From: Octopus sinensis
Lineage: Eukaryota
DNA: 64,000 bases
Direction: 5' to 3'
NCBI RefSeq assembly: GCF_006345805.1
Contig: NC_043013.1
Span: forward strand, 26,350,001 to 26,414,000
This document shows, in pieces, positions 38,975 to 52,469 of this stretch. The notes under the pieces are model-generated. The model was not told the DNA's origin. It was given only the letters and a program-made list of their open reading frames with translations, and did no database searches. How positions within the stretch are numbered: the stretch's first letter is position 1; every line of letters starts with the position of its first letter. The position numbers were made by a program, and so were the translations under genes.

Positions 38975-40299
38975 GGTGGGTTTCTTTCAGTTTCCATCTC
39001 ACTCCACTCACAAAGCTTTAGTCGGCCCAAGGAATTGAAGACACCTGCCCAAGGTGCCACACAGTGGGACTGAACCTGGAGCCATGTGGCTGGCAAGCAA
39101 ACTTCTTATCACACAGACACGACTGTGCCGATTAAAAATATTTTTAGGAGTTAGTTTATATTTCTGCAAAGTATAGTAGATGTAAATAAAATTATAAGAC
39201 GAAACTTGAAGCTATGTAACAACAGTAACTTTAATCCCAACCAAGAAACCCAAAGCGTCAGACAGTATCAAGGTTTAAAGCTCCTATCATGTTTTTACTG
39301 CTCCTCAAAATAATACACAGATTAACGAAATGAAAGGATTAAAGCTACACAAGGATTAAAATATACCAACAAGTAAGTTAAATATTTTTTATGCTAGTGC
39401 CAAGTGTTTCTTACTGGGCTTTGCTCAACTAGGCCGTGGTCGAAGATGCTTGCACAGTTGAATCGAACTTGAATCACGTCGTCATAAGTAAATACCACGA
39501 GATAATTAGCTTGATAAGTATGCATTAAAGAAACATTTAGTGCTAGCATAAAATATCTAACTAAATAATCTTCTGTTATTTTTATTTTAATCTGTATGTA
39601 GCATTAATCTATTCATTTCATTGAGGTAATGTATTGAGAGATAACAACAAAACTGTCAAACAAAACGTCTGGTTAAAGCCTAAACAGTATATACACATCT
39701 GTAACACACACACACACACACATACAAGCACCAATGTATTTGCATTGCATAACTACACACACTAAATGAGGATTCTTACATCTGCTCATCATAAATTTAT
39801 AGGGAAGGTTATTATGATTGCTACGTGCTTGCCCTTTTCAAATGACACAACAGAAGAATCAACAAAATACATCTTGGATTCTTAATTTTAATTACATCTC
39901 TTAAAGGAATTAAAAGAAGAAAACACGGATGATATGAATCACTGTCTACTGCTAACAGATGGATACAATGAACATGCTGCTAGATTGTTAGAGAGCGAGA
40001 GAGAAAGAAAGAAAAAAGAGAGGGAGCGTAATGGTTACTACTTATATACGTATTATTTCTTACACTTCACAACAACTACTTTACCACAACCTGTAAAGAT
40101 TTGTTTATAAGGAGATGAATGTGTGTCAAACACATGTATGCCCCAAACAATTGTACATGCACACACTTACATGAATGTAAAAGAACAGGTTTGATGTATA
40201 AATAATTACATATTATTTTTAACTAACTAATACTGATAATGTATGTTACATTTTCAATACACCTAATTAGACATTGTTACATGTGATAAGATTTAACCT

Positions 40300-40752
40300 A
40301 TATATACATAGACGTTCAAGTAAACATAACATACTCCATACGTCTAATTGATTCACGCGTTGAGAAGACGCATCCAATATTCCGTTTTTCCGATCGTACG
40401 CACGGTATTTATGTCTCCACTTCGATCTCCGTCACAATTTGCTGACAGTGTCATTGTCGTCATCGTCATTTGTACCTGAAACAGTTTAGGCCAGATAAAA
40501 TACAAAGAGTGAAGAATTTAAATATAAGGAGTCCAAGAACACTAATTGACCGATCAGTTACCATTCAACGGAAGTGCGCGTGGTCAAAGTATTTAAAGGG
40601 AAATAAGCAGCACATTGGCATAGAAATCACAGGTATTAGGTTATCACATTAGACACAGAACCACTCTTAGACACGGGTACGTGCGCACATACATATATAC
40701 ATATATCTATATAAATATATATATATATATATATTTATGCATTTATTTAAAA
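40300..40752. promoter_or_regulatory. CpG-retaining, TE-poor promoter/5' UTR region of the TMPPE-like gene
   Basis: Locally high CpG density, ETS-type motif cggaagtg at 40569-40576, and a (TA)n tract immediately before the ATG at 40753. Confidence 0.6.
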
Positions 40753-41524
40753 ATGGTGGCTTTAAGCGTGTATGTGTCCGCTTCAGCGATTGTTATTCTT
40801 GCTGTGGTACTCGGTGAGTTGTATGTATTTACTCTGGACAAAGAGATCAGAGCACGCAATCTACGCGCCCAGTTTCTCTGTTTTCTAGAATGTGTTATTC
40901 TTACTATGTCCGTGATTATATGGAGAACGTTTGGAAGTCGCCGGTCAGTGCGACCCGATAGCAACTATGTTGGCGTTGCATCTGATTCCAAAGATGTTGG
41001 CCAACTTCAGCGAAGGCGTCGAGATCAAAACATTCGCGCTAAGATTGAGAATGAAAATACCTACCTGTCGCTGGCTCTGCGAGTCTTGTTGCTTTTTTAC
41101 TTAGGAAGCTGTCATTTAGCATTTGCCTGCAACATCTTTTTGATGGCTGAGAACCCGCATTGGTTGTCGATGCTTACTTATGCTACTTTCGGTTCGCTTA
41201 TCCAATTAGTTACAGCACTGATTATTATAGAAGCCGTCCATTACCTTTTAAAATTGTTCTCCAAAAAGAAAAAGCTATTTCTCATCAGCAGTCGTCGTTG
41301 GCGTCATCTAATTGTGGTAACTTACACTATCTTTATCTCTGTCCTCGGACTTTACCGCGCCGCACAATTACCCACTGTCAAATCTGTCAGCATTCCTATT
41401 TCGAAACTGCCTAAATCACTTGAAGGATTCCGCATTGTTCAATTAACAGACATCCACCTAGGGCCGACAGTTGGAAGACGTAGGTTGGAAGATGTTGTGG
41501 AAATAGTTAACAGTTTAAAACCAG
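40753..41524 (+). CDS. TMPPE: Transmembrane protein with metallophosphoesterase domain, coding exon 1
   Basis: aaaATGg start; several hydrophobic helices; PTVKSVSIPISKLPKSLEGFRIVQLTDIHLGPTVG (DxH motif); donor ccag|gtgagc, phase 1. Confidence 0.9.
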
Positions 41525-42720
41525 GTGAGCATGTTTTATTTGTTTATTTTATTAAAAGGATTGATGGTGACAGAGAAGAAAGACTTGCCTCATATTTCTG
41601 TTGTTTCTCATATCACTTTTTATTAGACACGAGGTCAACTTTTTGTTGAGGCAGGAGTATTAGTTAGTCATTGAAATCTTCTCCAATGTATTACATGTTC
41701 TTATTTTATCGATGCCGGCGAATTTGAATTGGGTGCAGTGGATGCTGAAAAATAGATTGAATACATCACCTTAATTATTTCTACTTTCAACTAATATTAA
41801 TCCCGTAGAGGAGGCTGGTCTCGTGTTGGATTTTATTCCTATTTAAGATTGCTGTTATTATGGTAGGCACTAAGCGAAAGGAATGCAATCAAAACGCAAA
41901 TGCTTTCATATTTCAGTATTTAAAGAATATAAGTAAATTGATGGGACCCGCGTTGTACAGTAGTTCCCTTCGTTTATTTATTGATAGGATGCAACGGTGA
42001 TTCTTAAAAAAATTTATTATTGATTTAATTTCTTTGGGAAACTCTTTTGAGTCAATAGCAATAATATTAGTTTTCTAAAGTCCTACGGAATTCTTCAGTA
42101 CAATCATGATAATATTTTTAATACTATTTTCAGTGTTGGGTAATCTTGGAATAAAGCGAGCCGTTTCATTTTCGCCAATTTTAATTCTCCTTTCAGTTTT
42201 GCAAGGCTTAGAATTCCTTTCAGTCTCGTAACTGACAGATATCGTTAAGAATTTTATATAAATAAAGATTATTCACATATAGCAAGGAGAATTTTTGGTC
42301 AATGCTCATCTATTATGGAACAGCAAATCCATGCAATAAACACAGAGCACAACTAGCAGTTCTAGACAAAGTTAAGGTTAGGGAAATACCATGCAAAGTG
42401 AAAGCTACTAAATTACTAATGGAAATTCCCTCGGGGAAAATTATAACTACTTTTCGTGAAAGTGAAAGGGCGTTGTACACTTCAATGACCGAAGGGATTG
42501 TCGGTAAAATTAATGAAAATTGGCTTTCTGTAACATGTAGTTGGCTTTGTGTATTGTGTGTGTGTTTGGAAGTTAGATTTTTATCGACAGTGGTGTTATC
42601 ATTGATTGCTTTGATTGATATTTGCAGTCAATTGTGCGAAGGGAATAGATATTGCAAATGACGGTAGTGATGAGAGGGGGGATTAATACCTCAAGGATTT
42701 CATCATCATCATTATCATTA

Positions 42721-43115
42721 GGGCGGTCAGCTGGCAGAATCGTTAGCATGCCGGGCGAAATGCTTAGCGGTATTTCGTCTGCCGCTACGTTTCCGCCGAG
42801 GTTGACTTTGCCTTTCAACATTTCGGGGTCGATAAATTAAGTACCAGTTACGCATTGGGGTCGATGTAATCGACTTAATCCCTTTGTCTGTCCTTGTTTG
42901 TCCACTCTATGGGCAATAAAGAAATAAGAATCGTTAACAGGCCCGGTATAATGCTTAACGGCATTCCACCTGTTTTGAGTTCAAATTCCGCCGGGGTCGA
43001 CTTTGCTTTTATCCTTTCGAGGTCGATAAAATAAATACCAGCTGGACTCTGAGGTCAGTGTAATCGACTTACCCACTTACCCAAAACTGCTAACCTTGTG
43101 CCAAAATTTGAAATT
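42721..43115 (+). mobile_element. tRNA-like SINE family B, with one copy nested in another
   Basis: Head gagctggcagaatcgttagc, B-box gagttcaaattcc, core gactttgcctttcatcctttcggggtcgataaa..agtacc. Other copies at ~16350-16545(-), 43145-43365, 44886-45095, 45860-46050(-), 51085-51280, 62555-62700 and 63515-63725. Confidence 0.85.
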
Positions 43116-45105
43116 ATTTTTACTATTACTACTACTACTACTAAAACAGTAAGCTGACAGAAACATCACACCAGACAAAATGCTTAGCGGCCTTTCATTG
43201 GTCTCTGCATTCTGGGTTCAGATTCTGCTGAGGTCAACTTTGCCTTTCATTTTTTTCAGGGTCAATAAAATAAGTACCATTTGAGGGCTGGAGCCAATGT
43301 AAATAACTAGCTGCCCCACCCCCACCGCAAAAAAATTTCAATCCTTGTGTCTATAGTAGAAAAGGTTATTATTATTATTATTATTATTTAACCCAAGTGA
43401 GCCCAGTTCAAGTAGATCTGTGAGCAAAGGCTTCCCAACGGTGGGCATCTTTTCTTATTTGCGATATATTGTTGCGTAGATCCATGTAGTTCTGACTTGG
43501 GGCTAAACAGCAACAGCAGCATCTTAACCTGAAGGCAGGTATGTTTGCTTCGTATTCTTTCTTCTGTGTCTTTATGACTTGCCATGTCACTCTGCAAGCA
43601 TGGGTTCCCATCCAGTTATCCAAGTTATGCCACAGGGATCATTAATTAATTCCTAGATGGGTGGTCACTTTGGAAGCCTTGGTACAGTAAGAATTTTATA
43701 GTGTCTTATAAATGAGTTGCTTGAACTGCTAAAAATAGCAACCAAATCCCCCTTAAATTATACCCTAGCAGCTTGTTAAAAGAGGAGACATGTAAGGTAA
43801 TATGATCATGAATGTAAAGATGGAATGGTCATGGCAGGAACACTTTTGATCATATATTTGGTTGGTCAGCATTGACTTTCATCATCATCATTGTCATTTA
43901 AGGTCCGCTTTCCTTGCTGGCATGGGTTGGGCAGTTTGACTGAGGGCTGGCAAGCCAGAAGGCTGTAACAGGCTCTAATCCAATCTGGCAAAGTTTCTAA
44001 AGCTGAATGCCCTTCCTAACACCAACCACTCTGAGAATGTAGTGGGTGCTTTTTACATGCCACCGTCACAAGGGCCAGTCAGGTGGTACTGGTATATACC
44101 ACGCTTGAATGGTGCTTTTTACATGCCATCAGCACAGGAGCATTTGGATTAACTAATTGCTTTTAACATAGGCACAAGGCCAGAAATTTGAAAGAATTAA
44201 ATCAACCCCAGAAAAATGAAAGACAAAAAAGTGAAACAAATAAAGCAAGGCATTTTGTCCAATGCTTGAACTATTCTGCTAATCCCTTGCCGTCTTCAGA
44301 CTTAATAATACCAATAACAACAATGGCTGGACTAAACACTCTGGTCATATAAATAGCATCCAGTTAACTAGAGCGTTCAAACTCACTACATATGATAGAT
44401 CTCAGATGAGATCTCTTGTGGCAATACTGCAAAAACTTGAATTCAAAGATCAGGTTTTCTTCTCCAGAATAAGAAAAAATATCTAAATACTTCATCCTCG
44501 ATCAGTTAAATCCCTACAAAACTCTGTGACTCACATTATTGGCATTTGATTGGTTACAACGATGAGGATGCCTATTGGTCCATCAACAGAGCAGCCTGCA
44601 TGTGAAATTAATATGCAAGTAGCTAAACACTCCACAGACATGCATACCTTTAACATAGTTCTCAGGCAAGAGAGTCAGCATGACACACAGAATGTGACAA
44701 GACTGACCCTTTAAATCACTACTCATTTTTGCCAGCTGAGTGGACTGGAGCAACGTGAAATATATTTCATGTTGCTCCAGTCCATTGTCTTAAGGACACA
44801 ACACACCACCAGGAATTGAACTCATGACCTTATATGTGTAGTACACAACTGTTGTTGTTATTGGTATTATTAAGCTTAATCAGAAGGTGGTGAGCTGGCA
44901 GAACTGTTAGCATGCTGGATGAAATACTTAGCAATATTTCACATGATGCTACATTCTGAGTTCAAATTCCGCCAAGGTTGACTTTGCTTTCCATCCTTTT
45001 GGGGTCGATAAAATAAGTACAAGTTGAACACTGGGGTCAATGTAATCAACTCATCCCCACTTCCCCCAAGTTGCCCTTGTGGTAAATATTTGAAATAGTC
45101 ATTAA

Positions 45106-45323
45106 CCCTTTCATTACCAACCTGGCTGAAACTGGCTCTGGCTCTAAGTATAAATGTCTTGTTTTCATAAGTTCTGAATTAAAATTTTCCACCAAACCTT
45201 AGTTACAATTTATGTTCCTAACACAAGCTGAATGATAACTAAGTTATTTTAGTAAATTCTGTTATATTTAAAGTAATTGAAAGAAACACAGAGCATCTCA
45301 AAATAAATATGATAATGAAAGGG
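45106..45323. mobile_element. TTAA-flanked piggyBac-like MITE; another at 60427-60912
   Basis: ttaa-ccctttcatta / taatgaaaggg-ttaa; second element ttaa-ccccatgaca / tgttatgggg-ttaa. Confidence 0.8.
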
Positions 45324-48300
45324 TTAATGAATGATCAGAACATGAAATTAGCAGAATAGTTCAAGCATTCGACAAAATGTTTTGCTTTATTTGTTTGAGT
45401 TCTTTGTATTCTGCATTTAATGGTGGTTACATAGCTAGTTCAGTGAAGCTGCTTTGAACATGAACATTGTAAGTCACACCCAGATGCAGTCTGTTCTACT
45501 GATTAGTAGAGACTCATTTACAGGCATGATGTTCCTGCTCTTTGCCACTTGTGTCTCTCTATTGCAACATGCTCTGCTCTTTAAACTTACCTTCTCCCTC
45601 TCAACCTAATCTCTCAATGCACCTATCTCTCTGCTTCACATCATTTTTAGTGCATCTTCTCCAGAACCTGCATTAAACACTTTAACCCAACTTTTTCTTC
45701 CTAAAACTGTAAACTTACTCTCTCTCCCACTTTCTCTGTCTGTCCCTCTGTCCACCTCCCTATTCTGGACAACATGAATGAAAGAGAAAAAAAAGATGAA
45801 GGACGAACTTAAATCTGATGATGTTGATCATTATAATGAAATGGGGTGGGATAATGTTCATATGAAATATTGGTTTCAAATGTTGGCACAAGGCCAGCAA
45901 TTTCAGAGGAAGTGGGAAATCTTCCTCAGTGCTCCACTGCTACTTATTTTATCGACCCCCAAGAGTATGAAAGGCAAAGTTGAACCCAGAACATAAAGAT
46001 GGATGAAATGCTGCTAAGCATTTTGTCCAGTATGGTAACAATTCTGCTTTATATTCTTATAAAACATTAAAGATGATTGTAATTTTTATGATATATCGGG
46101 GTGGGGGGACAGCAACCAGCTCCTAGGCTGGTGAGAAGTATTCATCCTCAAACCAGAGACCTGGTCTAAATATTTTCAGCAGAATGAAATTCTCTAAAAA
46201 TCAGGTGATAATGTTAAACTAAGAGATGGATTAAATCAGTGCGTCACAACCATTTCTTGCCTACGCACTCCTTTGGTTTCTATTTTACTCTTCTGGACCT
46301 TTATACCAATTGAATATTTGAAAAAATCCTTTTAAATTTTTTTATAATTAAATATTATTAGGAATTGTATAAAAATTGTTGAAATACTCTGTTGAAGTAT
46401 AACCAATTTAATTATACATAAATTTTAACAACTAAATCTTATGTGAACCCCTACGGGGCATGTAGACACCCAGTTAAAAACCACTAGATTAAGTTGACAA
46501 GTGACTGATTAATAAGTAACGAATTAAAATTAATGAAAAACATCATTGTTGTTGATATTGTTTCATCCCAAGTCAACCCTGATCCAGCATGGTGATTATC
46601 TTAGTTGTTTTTTGAGTTTTTTTTGCTTATGAGTGACTACATAACCTAATTTGGCTTATGTTAATTTTTTAAAAGACAATAATATCTGAATCATATAAAA
46701 TTTAGCTGGTATTTCCTGTTATTCAAATGTTTACTCCCTTATTCGTGTATTTCTTTGCTATTATATACTAACTTCCTGAGAATTAAAAATATATATAAAA
46801 AAAATACAATACCAGAATAAGGCCATACAGACTGTGTGTCTCTAGGTTTAGTTTAATATCTTAACCTAAAAGCTTAATCAGCTTTCCAGTCAGCAAATCA
46901 TAATCCCCCTCAAGTCTCAAAAGATACGCTGATAAAACTATTAAATAATAATATAATTATATTGTTATTCATTACTATTGTTAGTATGTGGCCTGATTTT
47001 GTCTTTTTTGGGTCAAAAACTTATGTGTGTGCCTACATTACTATTGCCCTTGGGTTGGGGGAAAATATAAACTATGGGTATAAACTATTATACAAGTTCT
47101 TATTTTCTTTTTTTTTTTTCCTTTCTTTTTATGAATGGTTGACATTTCCCTTGTCAGCAACCATCAAAGGAGTGGATTAGCAGAATCAGTAGTGCATCGT
47201 ACATGGTGATATTTGGTTGTATCTGAGTTCAAATATTTCCAAAATTAATTTGCCTTTCATTTTTCAAGGTTCAATAAAATAAAGTAATAGTCGAGTACTG
47301 AGGTGGAGGTGCATCGCTTAGTGGTTACAGTATTGGACTCATGATCATAAGATTGTGGTTTCAATTCCTGGACCAGGTGATTCATTGTGTTCATGAGCAA
47401 AACACTTCACTTCTCATTGCTCTAGTCCACTCAGCAGGCAAAATTGAGTAATCCAGTGATGGACCAGGATCATATCCACAGAGGAATATGCTAGAGAAAC
47501 CAGGAAACCAGCCATTTGCTGCTTATAGAGTGTCATGGACTCACCATTGAGGTTGATTGAATTGATGATGTCTCCTATGTTGATCTTGTTTTGCCACAAG
47601 GACAACAAAGAGACAACGTTAATAGAGTGGGGTAGATTTTTAATTTTTGTATATAACTGGCATTTACATGATCCAATGAGGAAACGGGTTAGAAACTGTT
47701 ACCAAATCTCTGTAAATCACACTCTACTTTCAAAACAGGACAGATACATTGGATGATGTTGTTTTGGATGCACTGTGTCTAAATGATGGAATGTTCACAA
47801 CAGGTGGAATACCTTTGATCATATATATGTATATAAGATAGATGTACTGCACCTTCTCCCATCATCTTCCCCAATGAGTAATTATTACTCTAGTATATGG
47901 TAAATCTGTACTTTGTACAAGCTTATCAGATATTCAGAGTAGAAGTATTTTCTGATCTTGAAAAAGAAACCGAAGCTCTATAAAACAGTTTCATTTTATA
48001 TCATGTATTTTGTTAACAATTTTGGTTATACGTTTCCCCCATCTCTGATTGATTCATTGTACTTTTTGGTGTGAATAATCAGGAACTTTGTTCAGAAGCA
48101 CAAGTTTATCAGTTTTTGTTTTATCGATGTTTACATCTTTTACCCATATACAGCAGTCGACAATATACATATTCATACTTAGTCTCTTATCTTTTACTCA
48201 TCTTAGTCGTTAGACTGCAGCCATGCTGGAGCACCACCTTGAAGAAATTTTAGCCAAATAAATGGACCCCAGTACTATTTTTTAAGCCTGATATGTATCC

Positions 48301-50219
48301 TATCATTTCTTTTGCTGAACCACTAAGTTACAGGGGGATAAACACACCAGTTTTCAAGCAGAAGTGGGGAACAAATACAGACACAAAGACACACATTTTC
48401 ATACACACACACACACACACACACACATATATGTATATATACAATAGACTTCTTTCCGATTCTGTCTATCAAATCCACTCACAAAGCTTTGGTTGACCCA
48501 AGGCTATAGCAGAAGGCATTTGTCCAAGGTGCCACACTGTGGAATTGAACCTAGAACTTTGTGGTTGGGAAGTAAATGTCCTGCCACACAGACTGCATCT
48601 ATCCTTACTACCACTCACAAAATATTAGCCAACCTGAGGCTATGATAGGAGATACCTGCCCTCAGAGATGTGCAATGGGATTGAACTGACAACCACATAG
48701 TTGCTAGCCAAATTTCTTAACCATATAGATCTGTTTGTGCCTCAGTCTTGGCCAAGTAAAATGTAGTGTTACCATGAGAGGTCATAAGAGATTATGAGAT
48801 ACAGTATTATCACAGGTATATGGTCTGAGCAGTGTAGTGTGTATTTAAGTTGGTTTCATAGTAACATGTATAACATTTGTGTGTTTCTGATGTTACTGCA
48901 GGAAACTCAGACACCAAGTACCACTTGTAGGGTAGGAACAACAGTCTTAATTTGAGCCCAAATGTCCAATTAGGACATTTACCTCAAATTGGGATTCAAC
49001 AAACCAACCCGTATGTTTACTGCATTTACAGTAGAAGGAAGCAGAAAGGGTTTGTATATTGAACTTATGAAATAAGCTAGCATTTCCAGTGTCACTGATC
49101 CTGATGTGGTTAATTTAAAATCAAGATTTCTGTGAAGGAGGGTCTGGTAGAAGCAGTTCTATTTCTAAGAACAAGTCATTAGTAAATTTTGGATTGAGAT
49201 TTTTCAACTTCTATTCTATAAAAAAGTTTCTTTAATAAATCCTGTAAAGATAAATCTTTCTATCCTTTACAATATTATTTCTATTTCATTTTAGATAAGC
49301 TTTCATGTTCATTCATTTCAAGTTTTTATTCAAACAATTCCTTAAACTTGAAAAGGAAATGTTATGTATCTAATTAAGTTTACTTCTCATAAAATGGTTA
49401 TTTATTGAGTTATTTTAGCTGTCTTTTAGTTATAATTTTAATGCACTTAAGATTTTTGAAATGGTGTATAAAGATGCCCCGATGTCCTCAATTTTCTTTT
49501 ATCCTTTATTTCTTCCATGTCTTTTTACTTTAAATCCATTTGATGAAAAGGACCATAAGCCCTTTATGCAATCCTTCTGGTAACTAATTAGATACAAATT
49601 GAAATTAAACATTAATCATTCTAAATTCACTTAGTGACACTCTGCCCACCACTAAAGGATTCTCAGTTAAAGAAAGATTAAATGGTACATATTGTTGTCT
49701 TCCAGTTATTATAGAAAACTAGAAGCTGATGTGTGGTGGGGTAGGCACAGATGTGGGCTATGTGATGAGAAATTTTTTAGGTTCTTCTGCCATAACTCTG
49801 GCCAACAAAGCCTTGGGGTGGATTTGGTGAAGCAAAGTGAAAGAAGCTCATTGTGTGTGTGTTACCATCTCTTTGGTTTGACCTCACATAGTTTTCAGTA
49901 CCATTGTCATGCAGGTGCTGTTCTTCATTTCCAGTCTTGTATGAAAACTTGTCTGGTCATGGGGGAAATATCTCCTTGTTTGGAAACAAGTGTGGGTTGA
50001 CAACAGGTAGGGAATCTGGCCATAGAAAATCCACCTTAACTACTTCCATCTGACCCATGCAAAAGTGGATGTTAAAATGATGATGATGGTGATGTACATG
50101 TTTGGGATGGGATTGAACTTTAACTTCCCATTGTGCATATGAATAAATACCATTGTTTTTTTAGTCCCTGATCATCATCAAGAAAAATCTATGATCTCAT
50201 CAATGACCATCCCATTCTT

Positions 50220-51058
50220 TCATCATCATCATCATCATCATCATTGTTTAACGTCCGATTTCCGTGCTAGCACGGGTTGGACAGTTCAACTGGGGTCTGG
50301 AAAGCCAGGAGGCTGCACCAGGCTCCAGTCTGATCTGGCAGTGTTTCTACAGCTGGATGCCTTTCCTAACGCCAACCGCCCCGTGAGTGTAGTGGGTGCT
50401 TTTTACATGCCACCAGCACAGGTGTCAGTGGAGGCTGGCAGCGGCCACGATCGGTTGGTGCTTTTTACGTGCCACCAGCACAGAAGCCAGTCAAGGCAGC
50501 GCTGGCATCGGCCACATTCGGATGGTGCTTTTTTCATGCCTCCGGCACAGGTATCGCAACTACAATTTCCATTTGATATTTATTTTAATGTTGATGTACT
50601 TGACTCAGTAGGTCTCCTCAAGCACAGCAGGTCACCCTATGATCCAAGGTAAGCACAGCAGGTCGTTCTGCAATCCAAGGTACTTTGGATGGGCTGGGGC
50701 TATGCGAAACTGGTGCAGGAAACAGCCATGTATTCACATTATTTGTCGAGTCTTCGCAGTCACAGTATATCTCCAGAGATCTTGGTCTTTCATCATTGCC
50801 TCTGTGAGGCCCAACGTTCGAAGGTCATGCTTGACCACCTCATCCCATGTCTTCCTGGGTCTTCCTCTCCCCCGGATACCTTCAACTGTTTGGGAGTGGC
50901 ACTTCTTCACACATCTCTCCTCACCCATCCATAGTACATGACCATACCAGCACAGTCGTCTCTCTTGCATGCCACATCTGATGCTTCTTATGTCCATCAT
51001 TTCTCTCAGGGTGCTTACACTCTGTCGTGTGTGCACACTGACATTACACATCCAGCAG
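50220..51058 (-). mobile_element. RTE LINE 3' fragment in TMPPE intron 1
   Basis: WMCNVSVHTRQSVSTLRE..GRGRPRKTWDEVVKHDLRTLGL; 3' UTR with ~3 repeat units; (GAT)n tail. Confidence 0.92.
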
Positions 51059-51661
51059 TGGCTGTTGTTGTTGTTTATCATCTAAAAAGCAGTGAGCTGA
51101 CAGAATCATTAGCAAGTCTGGGCCAGATGTTAAGCAGCATTTTGTCTTTACATTCTGAGTTAAAACTCTGCATTTCATCCTTTTGGAGTTGATAGAATAA
51201 GCACCAGTTGGTTACTGGTATCAATGTAATTATCTTGCTCCCTCTCCAAAATTTCAGGCCTTGTACCAAGATTTAAAACCAATATCTATAATATATCTAG
51301 GACTATGTTCTTACTCTTTTAAATGATGACATGTAAAGTGAGGAAGATTTAACTGCTATGTCCAGACTCCCTTTGTAGCTTCCTCATAAACATGGTAGGT
51401 AAGGCACCTGTTGATGAACAAAAATTAAACTGTTTGGAACAATGTTTCCCAAAACAGAAGAGATAATGAGGTTAAAAGTCTAATAGAGGTTGTTTAAACT
51501 ATTCATTCTGTTGCTTTAAATAATAACTCTTCTCATGAAATTAATCAAAGAAAAGATATTTAAAATAACCCCAACTGGCCCCTTTTTTTCTTTTCTTTGT
51601 TTTATTTAAAAGAAAAATATTTTTTTCTCTGTTTTAAAGTATTTGCTTTTATTCGTTTCAG

Positions 51662-51772
51662 ATATTGTTGTGATGACAGGAGATTTGGTTGATGGCTCTG
51701 TGCAGAAGTTAAAAGATGCTGTGGCACCAATGCAAGACATCAAAAGTGTCCATGGGAAGTTTTTCATAGCAG
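51662..51772 (+). CDS. TMPPE: TMPPE-like coding exon 2
   Basis: Acceptor ttcgtttcag, donor gcag|gtacat, phase 1-1. (D)IVVMTGDLVDGSVQKLKDAVAPMQDIKSVHGKFFIA contains the GDxxD motif. Confidence 0.92.
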
Positions 51773-52078
51773 GTACATGACTCACAAAAAGGGTACTTAA
51801 GCTTTTCCATAACTAACAAAAAGCAAAAAAAGGTGTTTAGTTGACTGCAATGGTTTGTGTTGGATGAAATGTGTTAAAGTATTTACCTCATCCTTCTATG
51901 TTCTGAGATTAAATTCTGCTGAATTCTCCAACTAGAGTCAATAAAATAAGTTTTGGCAATGTAATGGGGATTGATTTAATTAAGTGTATACCCTTACTTT
52001 ACAAAGATTGTTCTCATTCATAGAAGTCATTTGTTCAGAGTCGAAAAGAAATTTGGGGAAATAATCAGCAATATTTTT

Positions 52079-52469
52079 CAGTTCTATATTTGAGAGATGA
52101 GGAATTATGTACATTATTTACATTTGACGGATATTTGTCCTCATCTTGTTTGTTGTTAACATGTTTCAGCTGATATGCTCTCCAGCCTTCATCAGGTGTC
52201 TTGGGGAAATTTTGAACCTGGGTTCTCATTCCATAATTGCCCTCGGGCATATGGCGTAATGGTTAAGAGCATGGGCTACTAACCCCAAGATTCCAAGTTC
52301 GATTCCAGGCAGTGACCTAAATAATAATAATATAAAAAATACCTTAAGAATGCAAACCCAGGTTTGAAATTTCCTCAAAACACCTGATGAAGGCCAGAGG
52401 GTATATCAGCCGAAACATTGTGTTAACAACAAACAAGATGAGGACAAATATCCATCAAATGTAAGTAAT
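52079..52469 (+). mobile_element. tRNA-headed short retroelement between inverted hammerhead-bearing repeats, 12-bp TSD
   Basis: TSD agcaatattttt at 52067-52078 / 52470-52481; inverted arms ~52112-52232 and ~52347-52469; tRNA-like head at 52245-52318; ctgatga..gaaac in both arms. Confidence 0.8.

Noticed and set aside
41525-41649. C-terminal extension GEHVLFVYF.. of the 322-aa ORF, and its N-terminal MRTYIY.. part
   Set aside because: Read-through into intron 1 past a strong donor; the N-terminal part is a (TA)n tract upstream of the real ATG.
52245-52318. Bona fide tRNA gene
   Set aside because: A/B boxes are present but there is no convincing acceptor stem or T-run terminator; it lies inside a TSD-flanked element.
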